DNA of 38,739 nucleotides from a virus (lineage: Duplodnaviria; Caudoviricetes): the IMG/VR virus record IMGVR_UViG_3300029142_000012, positions 1 to 38,739 of that record, one strand, 5' to 3'. Every line of letters begins with the position of its first letter. The stretch's first letter is position 1. This document shows, one piece after another, positions 15,711 through 25,115 of the stretch. Below the pieces are notes generated by a model. The model worked only from the letters and a program-made list of their open reading frames with translations, was not told where the DNA came from and made no database searches. The position numbers and the translations under genes are program-made.

Positions 15711-16053
15711 ACATGTCCTCCCATATCCCGTTTTCGATGTTCTCAGCTTCGAGTTCGTTGGTCGACTCCCCCTGCCAGTTCTGGTAGATGGGCGCGGAAC
15801 GCAACGAAAGCAACCGTTCGATTTTCTGTTTGGTTTTCGGTCCGGGGAATTTGACGGTGTGTTCAGCCCCACACGAACCGCACAACATGTTGTGGTCGGG
15901 TGCGACTAGTTCGGCTCCGTTGCACGGACAGTCCGCCACCCACCTTCCGTGGTTGATGTAGGCGTGGACGGTTTCGCCTTGAAACGGGACGGTCCCGACT
16001 TTGGCTAGGGTCGTTTCGATTCGGGCCCGGTTGTATTTACTTGCGGTCTGCAC
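15709..16053 (-). CDS. Conserved-type Zn-binding protein of tail region
   Basis: YINHGRWVADCPC...CGSCG...NWQGE...LEAEN. Confidence 0.7.
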   Translation of the reverse strand: MQTASKYNRARIETTLAKVGTVPFQGETVHAYINHGRWVADCPCNGAELVAPDHNMLCGSCGAEHTVKFPGPKTKQKIERLLSLRSAPIYQNWQGESTNELEAENIENGIWEDM

Positions 16054-16447
16054 GCTGCTCCCTTATCCAATCGTGTAACGGTTTGTTGGTTTGGACGGCG
16101 TTCCACGGTCGGACCGGCGCTCCCTGTTGAACGGCACGTAAATCTTCGTCGCCGTCTTTCGTGACAGCTTTCAACCCCAAGTTGGAGCGGTCTACCCGGT
16201 TCTGGGTTAGACCGTCCCTGAATTCGACGAACAGTCCGAGAATTGTTTCTTTCGGTTTGTTGGTTTGGACGGCGTGGCGTAGTTTGTTGAACGCTCGTTC
16301 GTTGTCGCCTAACACGACCCGTCCGTCTACTTTGGCGCGGCGGGGTTTGACCTGATGCCGGTCCATGTCGGTTAACCACTTTTCGTTCAAGTGGATGAAC
16401 CGGTTGTTGTGTTGGATGTAGTAGCCGTCGGGAGCAGACTGGATCAT
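16037..16447 (-). CDS. Hypothetical protein with internal 23-bp repeat
   Basis: ATGA overlap; AVQTNKP occurs twice. Confidence 0.65.
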   Translation of the reverse strand: MIQSAPDGYYIQHNNRFIHLNEKWLTDMDRHQVKPRRAKVDGRVVLGDNERAFNKLRHAVQTNKPKETILGLFVEFRDGLTQNRVDRSNLGLKAVTKDGDEDLRAVQQGAPVRPWNAVQTNKPLHDWIREQRADRK

Positions 16448-16968
16448 CTCGTACCTACCACGATTCCGTTAATAATCCCGAAGTTGGCGGAGTTAGACCC
16501 AGCAGACAACGCCACTTCCATAGTTACAGATAAGGTGGACCCTGCCACACCGATCAGGTTATCTACCCGTGACATCATCATCGCCTCGGTCGTGTTGTTA
16601 GCGACGAACTGAGTCACACCACCCTGCACTTCACCTTCGATTTCGATACCTGGATAGACGGTGTAGTCAGACCCCGACGTGTTCGTTATTTGGAATCTGC
16701 CTATAGCCAACACGGACACACTGTCAACCCACGACGGAACATCAAACGTGATATCGTCGAACGTTTGGAACGTAGTGTCTAACGACTCGTTCGTGAACGC
16801 CCTACCTTGGAATGTGGTGGACCAGATCGGGTCGTCGATCTTGTCGGGGAACGTAACCGCCATATCAGGAATCTTCGCTGTTTCGATAGCATCATCCACA
16901 ACATGAATCGTGTGAACAGCATCCTGACGTATATCGAACCGACCAACCTGTCCGTTTGACGTAGGCAT
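16444..16968 (-). CDS. Minor tail protein
   Basis: AV.T..I.D.A..T.KI.D.AVT fibre-type repeats followed by a beta-rich domain. Confidence 0.65.
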   Translation of the reverse strand: MPTSNGQVGRFDIRQDAVHTIHVVDDAIETAKIPDMAVTFPDKIDDPIWSTTFQGRAFTNESLDTTFQTFDDITFDVPSWVDSVSVLAIGRFQITNTSGSDYTVYPGIEIEGEVQGGVTQFVANNTTEAMMMSRVDNLIGVAGSTLSVTMEVALSAGSNSANFGIINGIVVGTR

Positions 16969-18159
16969 CTAATACCCCAATCGTGTGTCAGTACCCAACT
17001 CCGAAGTACCGAGAATCCACCAGTCGTCATGCGGCAGTTTCGGAGACAACTGGAAAGTGGTTTCCCAACTCCGACCCCCGACCATCCGCACATTATGAGA
17101 CACACCCTCAACGTGGAAGTCGTCGTCGAAGTCGTCGCCCGGTAACGTTTTCTCAACGTTAACCCGGTCCAACAGTTCCAAACTCAACACGGGAGCCCAC
17201 AAGTTCGACGGGTCCCGTTCAGGTTTCACCGTCAACTCGGGAACCCTGACCAAAACGTTGCCGTGTTCCATCACCAGCCAACCAGCCAACGAAAAGGCTT
17301 CGCCGTCGGCGTAATGCAAAGTAGACGACAAATGCAGGTCGCGTTGACCGTAATCCCCGACACTCGTCGAATCCGTAGAAGTTTGAGCTTCGCCGTCGAT
17401 CCGAGTGACCGTCGCCTGATTCCACAACTGGGAGTCGTCGTACACTAAATGAGCGTCAACGTATTTCAGGTCGGACCCGTCATCAGAAAACGTTTCGGCG
17501 ACAGACGCCTGGTCTTCTATCCGAGTGTTGCCGTCACGGAACGTGGCGTCGCCGTCACCAGCAATAAAAAACAGTCCTTGTTCGACTAGTGCAGTCCGGT
17601 GGAGTTGAGACAAAGCAGTGTCGAACTCGGTGGATAACGCTGCAACAGTGTGAGTGCCTGAGTCAATGTCGCGCCACCCCGCAGGCCACCCAACAGCAGT
17701 GAGAATGTTACCGACCCTTGTACCTGATAACGCTGCGGACTGGGTCCAGTCGCCTTCGTACATGGCGAACAACCGGAACCCGTCGATACATTTAACAACA
17801 GAAACGTTGTCTTTAGCCGCCGATGGGAACTCTGCGTTCCATGTTTCGACGAACCCGCGGAACAGGTCGTAAGTAGTCGAATCGTAGTCTGCTTGTATTC
17901 GGATAGGGTTCATCACTCTCACACCCGGGTAGTGGGTGCCGGCAGTGTTCGCCGGGTTGTAATCCCCTGACGAGTTAGACACTGTGAGTAACGCTTGTCC
18001 GGCTTGCATCTGGTCGATCACCCTTGAACGGCCACGGACCGTGGAAAACGTTCGCACGTCGTCGGTTATGTCCACCCAAGTCGGCGATGTATCGAATACG
18101 TCGTCGCCGAAAGCCACTTCGATGGTTATGTCAACGTCGGTGTTGTATGAGGCGGTCAC
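16969..18159 (-). CDS. Minor tail / baseplate hub protein
   Basis: Follows tape measure; W.DIT..VR.FS..RGR.R, LWNQATVTR, S...YG.R, LG..S.LG..T.LGY patterns. Confidence 0.8.
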   Translation of the reverse strand: MTASYNTDVDITIEVAFGDDVFDTSPTWVDITDDVRTFSTVRGRSRVIDQMQAGQALLTVSNSSGDYNPANTAGTHYPGVRVMNPIRIQADYDSTTYDLFRGFVETWNAEFPSAAKDNVSVVKCIDGFRLFAMYEGDWTQSAALSGTRVGNILTAVGWPAGWRDIDSGTHTVAALSTEFDTALSQLHRTALVEQGLFFIAGDGDATFRDGNTRIEDQASVAETFSDDGSDLKYVDAHLVYDDSQLWNQATVTRIDGEAQTSTDSTSVGDYGQRDLHLSSTLHYADGEAFSLAGWLVMEHGNVLVRVPELTVKPERDPSNLWAPVLSLELLDRVNVEKTLPGDDFDDDFHVEGVSHNVRMVGGRSWETTFQLSPKLPHDDWWILGTSELGTDTRLGY

Positions 18160-19853
18160 GACCGTCTAGCCATTTCTTTGGCTTCGAGTAGGGCACGGTT
18201 CGACAGTGTTAAAGCGTTGATTGTGACCATCGACGACGGGCCGGCGGTTTTGAGTGCGGCTTGCTGGTCGGGGTTGAGGATCATTTCCCCACCGTGGACA
18301 AGAGCGGGCATGGGTGCGCCTTGAGGTCCTGGAACCATTCCACCTTCAGCGAACCCGATCATAGTACCGGCACCACCAACAGTCCCGCCAGCGCCGGGGA
18401 TAACATTCCCGACGCCCGGTACGAAAACTTCCTTGCGTGTTATGGGCGTGTCGTTGTACTCCTTGATTTTGTCGATGATCGCTTGGATCGTTTCGGGTAG
18501 AACACCAGCTGTTTCTAACAGGTCGACTATGGCCTCTATGGATGCTGCCCCACCTTGCGCGGCGAAGTCGGCTCCGGCTTCATTCAAATCGAGTTGGGCG
18601 TCCGCTAAATCTTCTGCGGCTTCTGCTGCCTGAGCAGACCCGTCACCGAATTCGGTTATCGCTTCGGTGTAGTCGTCTTGTGCGTCGTCGTAAGATTCGA
18701 TAGCCCGGAGCAGTTTGAACGCGGGGTCCGCCGCAGCCTTCTGGATGTCAGTTAGTTCCTGTTGAGCAGTAACAGCGTCGTCTGTGTTTGAAGCTAGTTC
18801 TTCCATCGCGTCGGCTTGCTGCCTGAAAATTTTGTCGGCACCTTCCGCCGCCTTTATTTGAGCTTCGGACGGTTCCAAAGACTCCATGTGCGCCTTGGTG
18901 AGTTCCCGTTGAGCTTCCTCGTTGTCCCGTAACAGGTCAGCGAGCTTCGATAACTGGTCAACCGCAACGTTCAAAGTTCCGCCAGCGGTTAACACGTTAA
19001 GTGCGTCACCCCAGAAAGAGGTTTCTTCGCCGGCCCCGCCGAACGCCTGACCCAAATTACCGAGAACGGTCATCAAATCATTCGCTGTTCGTTGGGTGCC
19101 TTCCATCACCGGAGCTAACCCTTCACCGAAAGCCGCTTTAGCGTTCTCGGTTTCCGCTGCGAGGATACGCTGCTGGTTAGCCAACGAATCAGAAGTGTTA
19201 GCGAAGTCACCAGCAGTCTTGTCTGTTTGAGCCATCAACAACCGGTAGCGAGCGAGAATCTTGTCCTGTTCGGACAGTTTGTTGGACGAATCGCCCAACC
19301 CCATAGCCAACGCCTGCTGATTGACCGCCGCCGCGGACACGTCGATACCGAATTTACGGAGAGGTTCCGTTTCACCAGCCAAACCAGACTGAAACAACCG
19401 GGCAGCCTCGTTCACGTCCAGGTTCATAACCGAAGCGAAGTCGGCCATACGAGTAGTCAGAGTGTCCATGACCGGAACAACAGAGTTGCCTTCACCGGCA
19501 ATAGTCTCAGCGAACGCCGAGAATTGGACGGCTAAACTGTTGAATTCTTCGTTGCTTAAACCCAACGACTCTGCTGCGCCTTCACCGAGTTCTTTGATGC
19601 CTTGCGCGGCGCCCCCGAACGTCACCTCGACAGCGTTCATAGATTCGTTCAGGTCGGAGAACGCCCTAATGGATTCTCCCGCGAAGTCCTTCACCTTATC
19701 TAGAACGATCCCCGAAGCGATCAGTTTCCCGGCTAGTGAGAAGGCTTTACCGGTTTTGGTTACCTGACCCTCAATGTTCTTCAGGCTTTTAGTCGCCCGC
19801 TTATCATCAACAAGGAACTCAATTTCGACATTTCTCTTGCGCGTTGTAGCCAC
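18156..19853 (-). CDS. Tape measure protein (short, 565 aa)
   Basis: AFSDL.ES.NAV.V.FG, AD.AS..N, GL.GETEPLRKFG, GDFA.TSDSLANQQR; C-terminal FAEGG.VPG....P.LVHGGE. Confidence 0.9.
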   Translation of the reverse strand: MATTRKRNVEIEFLVDDKRATKSLKNIEGQVTKTGKAFSLAGKLIASGIVLDKVKDFAGESIRAFSDLNESMNAVEVTFGGAAQGIKELGEGAAESLGLSNEEFNSLAVQFSAFAETIAGEGNSVVPVMDTLTTRMADFASVMNLDVNEAARLFQSGLAGETEPLRKFGIDVSAAAVNQQALAMGLGDSSNKLSEQDKILARYRLLMAQTDKTAGDFANTSDSLANQQRILAAETENAKAAFGEGLAPVMEGTQRTANDLMTVLGNLGQAFGGAGEETSFWGDALNVLTAGGTLNVAVDQLSKLADLLRDNEEAQRELTKAHMESLEPSEAQIKAAEGADKIFRQQADAMEELASNTDDAVTAQQELTDIQKAAADPAFKLLRAIESYDDAQDDYTEAITEFGDGSAQAAEAAEDLADAQLDLNEAGADFAAQGGAASIEAIVDLLETAGVLPETIQAIIDKIKEYNDTPITRKEVFVPGVGNVIPGAGGTVGGAGTMIGFAEGGMVPGPQGAPMPALVHGGEMILNPDQQAALKTAGPSSMVTINALTLSNRALLEAKEMARRS

Positions 19854-19866
19854 TTAAACCACCAAC

Positions 19867-20100
19867 TCACTCGTTCGGGTTGTCGCCATTCTTCACAACT
19901 CCTGACTTAACAAGCCACTCGAACATCGCGCGGTGATCCCTAACAGACAACTCCCAGTACGCAGCCACCGTCGGTAACTGGACTGGGTAGTGGATCAGCA
20001 GCGGCGGCATCGACTCCACCCACCACGACCCGTCGTCGACAACACCCATAGCTTCCGCCAACGAGATTTCGTCTAACGGGATTTTTGCGTAGCCTTCCAT
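19867..20100 (-). CDS. Small protein before tape measure (possible tail assembly chaperone)
   Basis: Position directly upstream of TMP; TGATG coupling. Confidence 0.55.
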   Translation of the reverse strand: MEGYAKIPLDEISLAEAMGVVDDGSWWVESMPPLLIHYPVQLPTVAAYWELSVRDHRAMFEWLVKSGVVKNGDNPNE

Positions 20101-20540
20101 CAGTGAGGGAACGCCACTTTGAAAGCGTCGTGGATTTCGTCGGCGTACTCATCCAAAGCGAAATTATCCGCCACGTCCTTAATCACCGGGCCGATACCGT
20201 ATAGGTCTTCGGGTTGCCACTTGTTACCGATCCACGGTTTCCACGGGCCACGCCCCGGAACCGACCGACCGAACACAGTATGCGACAGAGTGCCGAACAC
20301 GTTCGCTCTAATCGTCGGGTTCGACCCCAACAAGGTGATACGAGCAGCCTTCTGCGTGGCGTTACCACGAATACCCGACATGGCCTTAGACCCACCAGGC
20401 GAAGACAAGTTCTTCACAGCAGGTTTACCCTTTTCGGCGACCCGTTGAGCGACCTTCTTATGCGCCTTCTGTAAAGCGGTCGGTAACCGTTTATCCACGC
20501 GGCGGAGGTCCCGACGGAAATCGTCGAGACCCTTCACCAC
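20100..20540 (-). CDS. HK97 gp10-like tail completion/neck protein
   Basis: VKGLDDFRRDLRR..K.L...L..A.K.VA basic N-terminus. Confidence 0.65.
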   Translation of the reverse strand: MVKGLDDFRRDLRRVDKRLPTALQKAHKKVAQRVAEKGKPAVKNLSSPGGSKAMSGIRGNATQKAARITLLGSNPTIRANVFGTLSHTVFGRSVPGRGPWKPWIGNKWQPEDLYGIGPVIKDVADNFALDEYADEIHDAFKVAFPH

Positions 20541-20551
20541 AATCTTGCTGA

Positions 20552-20944
20552 TTAGTAGGTACCCCTAGTCAACGCACCGGTACGTTGCAACGACACGGAC
20601 CAGTTCACCCGGTCAGCAACACCAGACGTAATCGAATAGTTAGTTACGAGAGCACTACACGAATACTTGATAGCGCCGCTACCAGAACCCGCAGGTCCAT
20701 ACAAAATGGTGACAGTCGCACCGTCGAACAACCCGTCCAGTGCGGCGTCAGCGGTCGTATCCCAATGCCCGCCCAAACTGAACGAACCGTCCTCCAACCC
20801 GGCGATAAACGTTTTGTCGTCGTCGCCGAACGCTGAAGTTTCCGCAGTGTCCACGCTGCGGTCGTGAGTCACCGAATCGGTGTACTGGCTGATATTCGTC
20901 GAATCGACATTGATATCAGAATTAGAACCATGAACAAAAGCCAT
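20552..20944 (-). CDS. Major tail tube protein
   Basis: RBS AAGGAG; ETSAFGDD.KTFIAGL.DGS.S..G.WD ... V.WSVSLQ.TG. Confidence 0.8.
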   Translation of the reverse strand: MAFVHGSNSDINVDSTNISQYTDSVTHDRSVDTAETSAFGDDDKTFIAGLEDGSFSLGGHWDTTADAALDGLFDGATVTILYGPAGSGSGAIKYSCSALVTNYSITSGVADRVNWSVSLQRTGALTRGTY

Positions 20945-20972
20945 GTGAATTTCTCCTTAATGAATGCCGGGG

Positions 20973-21686
20973 TTACCGGCGGTTACGAGCAAACGAAGCC
21001 GCGCACGTCAACGAAGTGAACGAGTCGGCGGTGATAGCAAAACGGAGGTAACGGTTAACCGTTCCTGTAGCGAGTTTGTGTTGAGCTCCGACACCAGTCA
21101 CGGAATCGAATTCGATGAGAGTCGCCCAAGTCGAATCGTTAGCGGAATGTTCCAAAGCAAGAGTCCCGGACGTACCCGAAAACGCGGTTACGTGCAAATG
21201 GCCCATCCCCCCAACACTCGATGAAGCACCCGAATCGTACGACGTGTTATCGACCGTCGTCGTTTCCGCCTCCAACGGTTGCAACACAACCCCCGAAGTG
21301 CGAACCCCGCCATCAGCAGTACCACCAGCAACAATCCGAACAGCGTCGGTAGTCGTCGAACGGATCTGGTAAGAAACGTTCTCGCCTTTCATCATCACCG
21401 CTTTATTACCGATAGCGTCATACCCGTCGATACAAACCGTCACAACGCTTTCAGCGGCGATAGCCGAATCCAACACTTCGTCCGCGGCGGAAGCCGACCC
21501 GTCCCACAAACCCTGAATCGACATCGACCCCGATTCGACACCAGCAATATAGTTCTTGTCGTCGTTACCGAACGTGGTCGTATTGACCGCTTGGATCTGA
21601 CGGGAAGCGTTCACCTGGTTGAAGTAAGCAGACAAATCGAATTCATCGACGAGAACAGACGTGCCCTTACCATGAACAGCAGCCAT
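20973..21686 (-). CDS. Tail tube paralog with extra C-terminal beta domain
   Basis: N-terminal half aligns by eye with 20552..20944 (MA.VHG, FG.DDK..IAG.E.GS.S..G.WD). Confidence 0.75.
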   Translation of the reverse strand: MAAVHGKGTSVLVDEFDLSAYFNQVNASRQIQAVNTTTFGNDDKNYIAGVESGSMSIQGLWDGSASAADEVLDSAIAAESVVTVCIDGYDAIGNKAVMMKGENVSYQIRSTTTDAVRIVAGGTADGGVRTSGVVLQPLEAETTTVDNTSYDSGASSSVGGMGHLHVTAFSGTSGTLALEHSANDSTWATLIEFDSVTGVGAQHKLATGTVNRYLRFAITADSFTSLTCAASFARNRR

Positions 21687-21856
21687 CAGGAAACACTCAC
21701 TTTCTCAACTAGCCCCTGATCCACTAGCCACATGTCCTCGTCTTCGAGTCGTGCAGCCTGTTTCTTGGACAGGGTTTTACCGGGGTCTACGAACGTTCCG
21801 TCCTCGTAGGACAAACGAACGACCGCCTTGTATTTAATGGGTTTCTTTTCAGCCAC
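21686..21856 (-). CDS. Small hypothetical protein (56 aa)
   Basis: GTG after GAGGAG; WLVDQGLVE; TGATG coupling. Confidence 0.6.
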   Translation of the reverse strand: MAEKKPIKYKAVVRLSYEDGTFVDPGKTLSKKQAARLEDEDMWLVDQGLVEKVSVS

Positions 21857-21868
21857 CAGGAATCTCCT

Positions 21869-22321
21869 CTAAATGTTCGACATGGCAACAATGGACGCTA
21901 CGACCGTTCCGATAGCACCCTGCCCGTCGTAGTCGGGGATGCTTTCAAACGAAACGATTTCGGTGAACATCACGTTCGAGTCAACGGACGAGTCGTTACG
22001 GACAGCGTTCTCGACGGACGCCCAAATAGCTTCAGCTCGTTGTTCGGCCAGTTTCATGTCGTCCTGGTCGGCGCCGGAACGGGGAGCCCTAACAGACACG
22101 TCCAAAACTAGGGTTTCGCCTACAACACGGCTAGTGCCGCCCATCGTTAAACCTTCCTGCTCCACCGAAATACGACCGAACCAAACTTGGTCCTCTCGAG
22201 TGGCGTCACCCATCGGCGGGTACTCAAACACTTCAACATCAGAAATACCGTCCGTGGTGAACCGGGTGGTGATAAGCGTTTTCAACGCTGCGCGCACATC
22301 CTGAAACTTGGAAGTGCTCAC
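21869..22321 (-). CDS. Tail terminator protein
   Basis: 150 aa acidic protein between adaptor and tail tube. Confidence 0.65.
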   Translation of the reverse strand: MSTSKFQDVRAALKTLITTRFTTDGISDVEVFEYPPMGDATREDQVWFGRISVEQEGLTMGGTSRVVGETLVLDVSVRAPRSGADQDDMKLAEQRAEAIWASVENAVRNDSSVDSNVMFTEIVSFESIPDYDGQGAIGTVVASIVAMSNI

Positions 22322-23247
22322 CCGACCAACACTCTCATGTCGTGTTCACGCACCCAATCGTTAACTTCAGGAATCCGAGTTTTGTTGTTCATCGGACCGC
22401 CAGGTTGCACAAACCTTGTGGTCCCGTATTCAGTGTCAGCGGACAGCACCCGGTCAGGCCACGCCGAAGGAACCAACCGGTCGACAAGAAGTTTCATGGC
22501 GATACGGTCAACCCCATCAATCAGGTAAGGCAACCCGTACACGTATTCGATGACAACGTTGAACGGGTTAGTGATCGTCGCTTCAGTGAAATACCCTGTC
22601 GTGTGGACCAACCGCCCGCGGACAGGATCAATTTTGATTTCGGAAGCGGTCTGAGCTGTAGACCCCACTTTGGCGGTGAGGAGAACACCGATGTCGTTGA
22701 ACCGTCCGGGCCGGTTGAGTGTGTACCCGTCGGACGTCCGGCAGAACCCATCACGCAGTGAAATAGTCGACTGGCCGTTACCGGGCAGTTCGATACGAGC
22801 ATACCGGGGGATGAACGACCTGCCCGTCCACTGTTCCAAATCGTCGGTGATACGAGCTCGTTCGTCGGCGAGGGTAGCGTCAGGGTATTCAGTCGAAGAA
22901 GCCAACGGGAGTAAAGATGAAGTAGCGTCGGCTTTACCCTGAAACGCTCTAGCTTGAGCTTCGGTGAACAACCAGTTACCCAACAGTTCCAACCGGTCGG
23001 ACAGGTCAGCGCCCGTGTCGTCACGGGTCCACGTCACTGTCAGAATGTCAGGTGACGGTTGGTCAGCCAACGAATACGTGTAAGTACCGTCAGCGTTGTT
23101 CGTTGTTGCAGTACCCGAAGCGACAACAGAATCGCCGTTCCCGTCGGTTATCCCAACGGTCACATCCCCAACGTCTGTAGCGGTCCCGTCCACATACCAC
23201 GTTTTCGTGAGTGAATACGGGCCGGCTGCGGCGAGTAGTTGTGTCAT
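22318..23247 (-). CDS. Head-tail adaptor with N-terminal Ig-like extension
   Basis: LEQWTGRSF.PR, NVVIEYVYG, IPEV..W adaptor-type motifs after an ~90 aa beta-rich domain. Confidence 0.7.
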   Translation of the reverse strand: MTQLLAAAGPYSLTKTWYVDGTATDVGDVTVGITDGNGDSVVASGTATTNNADGTYTYSLADQPSPDILTVTWTRDDTGADLSDRLELLGNWLFTEAQARAFQGKADATSSLLPLASSTEYPDATLADERARITDDLEQWTGRSFIPRYARIELPGNGQSTISLRDGFCRTSDGYTLNRPGRFNDIGVLLTAKVGSTAQTASEIKIDPVRGRLVHTTGYFTEATITNPFNVVIEYVYGLPYLIDGVDRIAMKLLVDRLVPSAWPDRVLSADTEYGTTRFVQPGGPMNNKTRIPEVNDWVREHDMRVLVG

Positions 23248-25115
23248 TATGTTTGGCTCCCTGCTGTAAGACTTCCCGAACTGCCCGAACCGGACTGTCC
23301 GCCTTCTGAACCGCCTCCGGCTAAACCACCGAGTTGGATAGCGACCGTGATTCCGCCTTCTTGGTAAATGTACGTTGATGCCGCATCCGAGTTCGTGGTG
23401 GTAGCGGAAGGGATAACAACCGTCAGGTCGACGCTTCCCGGAGTGGGACCAGCCGCCCCGACAACTGTTACGGCGTCCAACACGAATGTAACGTCGGTCG
23501 AATCCGGGGTGACTGTTGTTGGTGCAACCGGTGTCCCTTGCGGGATGACCACCGTTAAATCTGTGGACGCGGGGGTTGTGACCCCTCCGCCGCTTACTGT
23601 CGCCGCGGGCACCGTCAAAGTAGCGGTGATGTCCGACGGTGACACCGTGACGGGTGCAACTGGTGTCACTTGCAGCAGATCCGCAACCAAATCTACTGAA
23701 CTGGGAGTGACCGTCGCCGAACCACCAGCGTTGATAGAAACTTGAGGGATTGTTAAATCGACGTTTAGAACGCCCGGAGTGGCTACTGCGCCACCAGACA
23801 GTGTGACCGCTGGCAAAACGGCTGACAGGCCTATTTGTGTGGGTGTGGTGGCACCCTGGCCGACCGTAGTAGCCTGCGGAACGGTCAAAACTAGAGTTGT
23901 GGCGGACGGTGACACCGAACCGGCACCAACCGGCGAACCCTGAGGGATTGTGAAACTTCCGGCGGTTTGTGCCGGAGTGGTCACTCCCGGTCCGACAGGT
24001 GACGCTTGCGGGACGACAACACTCGAGTCTACCGCCGCGGGCGTGACCGTCGCTGAAGCAGAACCCTCATCTATCGACACCAACGGTAGAACAAAACTGA
24101 GTTCCGTCGCTGAAGGGTTGACTACTGCGCCGCCTACTGGTGTCGGCTGGTTAACACCGAAACTCCGGTCAACAGACCCAGGGGTAACAGTTCCGCCACC
24201 GACCGGTGACCCTTGGTCGACGGTAACACTCAAATCAGTCGAACTCGGAGTGGTTACTCCACCACCAACAGTCGACGATGCGGGAAGTGCAGCCGACAAG
24301 TCAGTCGAAGCCGGGGTGGTGACACCACCACCCGATTCCGTCGTGGACGGGATAGTGAAACTTCGTGCTGTAGCAGCCGGAGTGACAACCCCCCCACCGG
24401 CTTGAGTGGAAGATTCAACAGTGAACGACCGGCTTATAACTCCCGGAGTGACCGTCGCGGGTGTCGCACTCGAAGCCTCGAGGACAGCCATCGAAACAGC
24501 CAACCAGTTCATGGTTCCGCTGACCGTGAACGCCCCAGCGTCGTAAGGCGAATCGGCGGTGACACCAACCGAACACAACCCTAGAAGGGCGTCACCTGCA
24601 CCACCTGAGTCGACGCTCGTGTTGTTATCCGCTTCGGGGTAGCCGCTGATAGATCGTTGCGCGGCGGCAGTACCGAACACGACCAGTATCCGAGCGTCAG
24701 TACTCACCGGGGTCCAAGCCACCGAACCAGGATCAGGACTAGTTGATGTACCGGTCGCGGCAGTAGAAAACGTTGGTGTGTCCGACGAGAAATCAGTGTC
24801 GTCGGAGTCACCGGACCACACAGCGTACGACGCGCCCGTATCCCACGAAAAGGCACACGTCGAATCAGATCCGCCGGCCCGGTACGCAATCCCTACCGTC
24901 TGGTCGACGTTCGACCCGTCGTACTCCTTCAAAAATCCGAGAGTCCAACCGGTGGTGTCAGCCGTGAAATTGTCGCCGGTTTCGTGCAATCCGTCGACGA
25001 CGATGACAGCGATCTTGTCGACGGTGTTACCTGAACACGTAACCGACGCCGACGTGTTCGAGTTCGCTCCCGACGAAGCAGTGTTAGCGTTAGTGAACGC
25101 TCCTGGTGCAGCCAC
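23247..25115 (-). CDS. Virion appendage/fibre protein with ~16 x 22-aa repeats
   Basis: N-terminal beta domain then V.TP.S.DLS..VP......GGG repeats; very S/T/V/P rich. Confidence 0.75.
   Translation of the reverse strand: MAAPGAFTNANTASSGANSNTSASVTCSGNTVDKIAVIVVDGLHETGDNFTADTTGWTLGFLKEYDGSNVDQTVGIAYRAGGSDSTCAFSWDTGASYAVWSGDSDDTDFSSDTPTFSTAATGTSTSPDPGSVAWTPVSTDARILVVFGTAAAQRSISGYPEADNNTSVDSGGAGDALLGLCSVGVTADSPYDAGAFTVSGTMNWLAVSMAVLEASSATPATVTPGVISRSFTVESSTQAGGGVVTPAATARSFTIPSTTESGGGVTTPASTDLSAALPASSTVGGGVTTPSSTDLSVTVDQGSPVGGGTVTPGSVDRSFGVNQPTPVGGAVVNPSATELSFVLPLVSIDEGSASATVTPAAVDSSVVVPQASPVGPGVTTPAQTAGSFTIPQGSPVGAGSVSPSATTLVLTVPQATTVGQGATTPTQIGLSAVLPAVTLSGGAVATPGVLNVDLTIPQVSINAGGSATVTPSSVDLVADLLQVTPVAPVTVSPSDITATLTVPAATVSGGGVTTPASTDLTVVIPQGTPVAPTTVTPDSTDVTFVLDAVTVVGAAGPTPGSVDLTVVIPSATTTNSDAASTYIYQEGGITVAIQLGGLAGGGSEGGQSGSGSSGSLTAGSQT

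Noticed and set aside
14595-16968. Diversity-generating retroelement or invertible tail locus
   Set aside because: No reverse transcriptase, invertase or TR/VR pair with adenine-specific mismatches was seen
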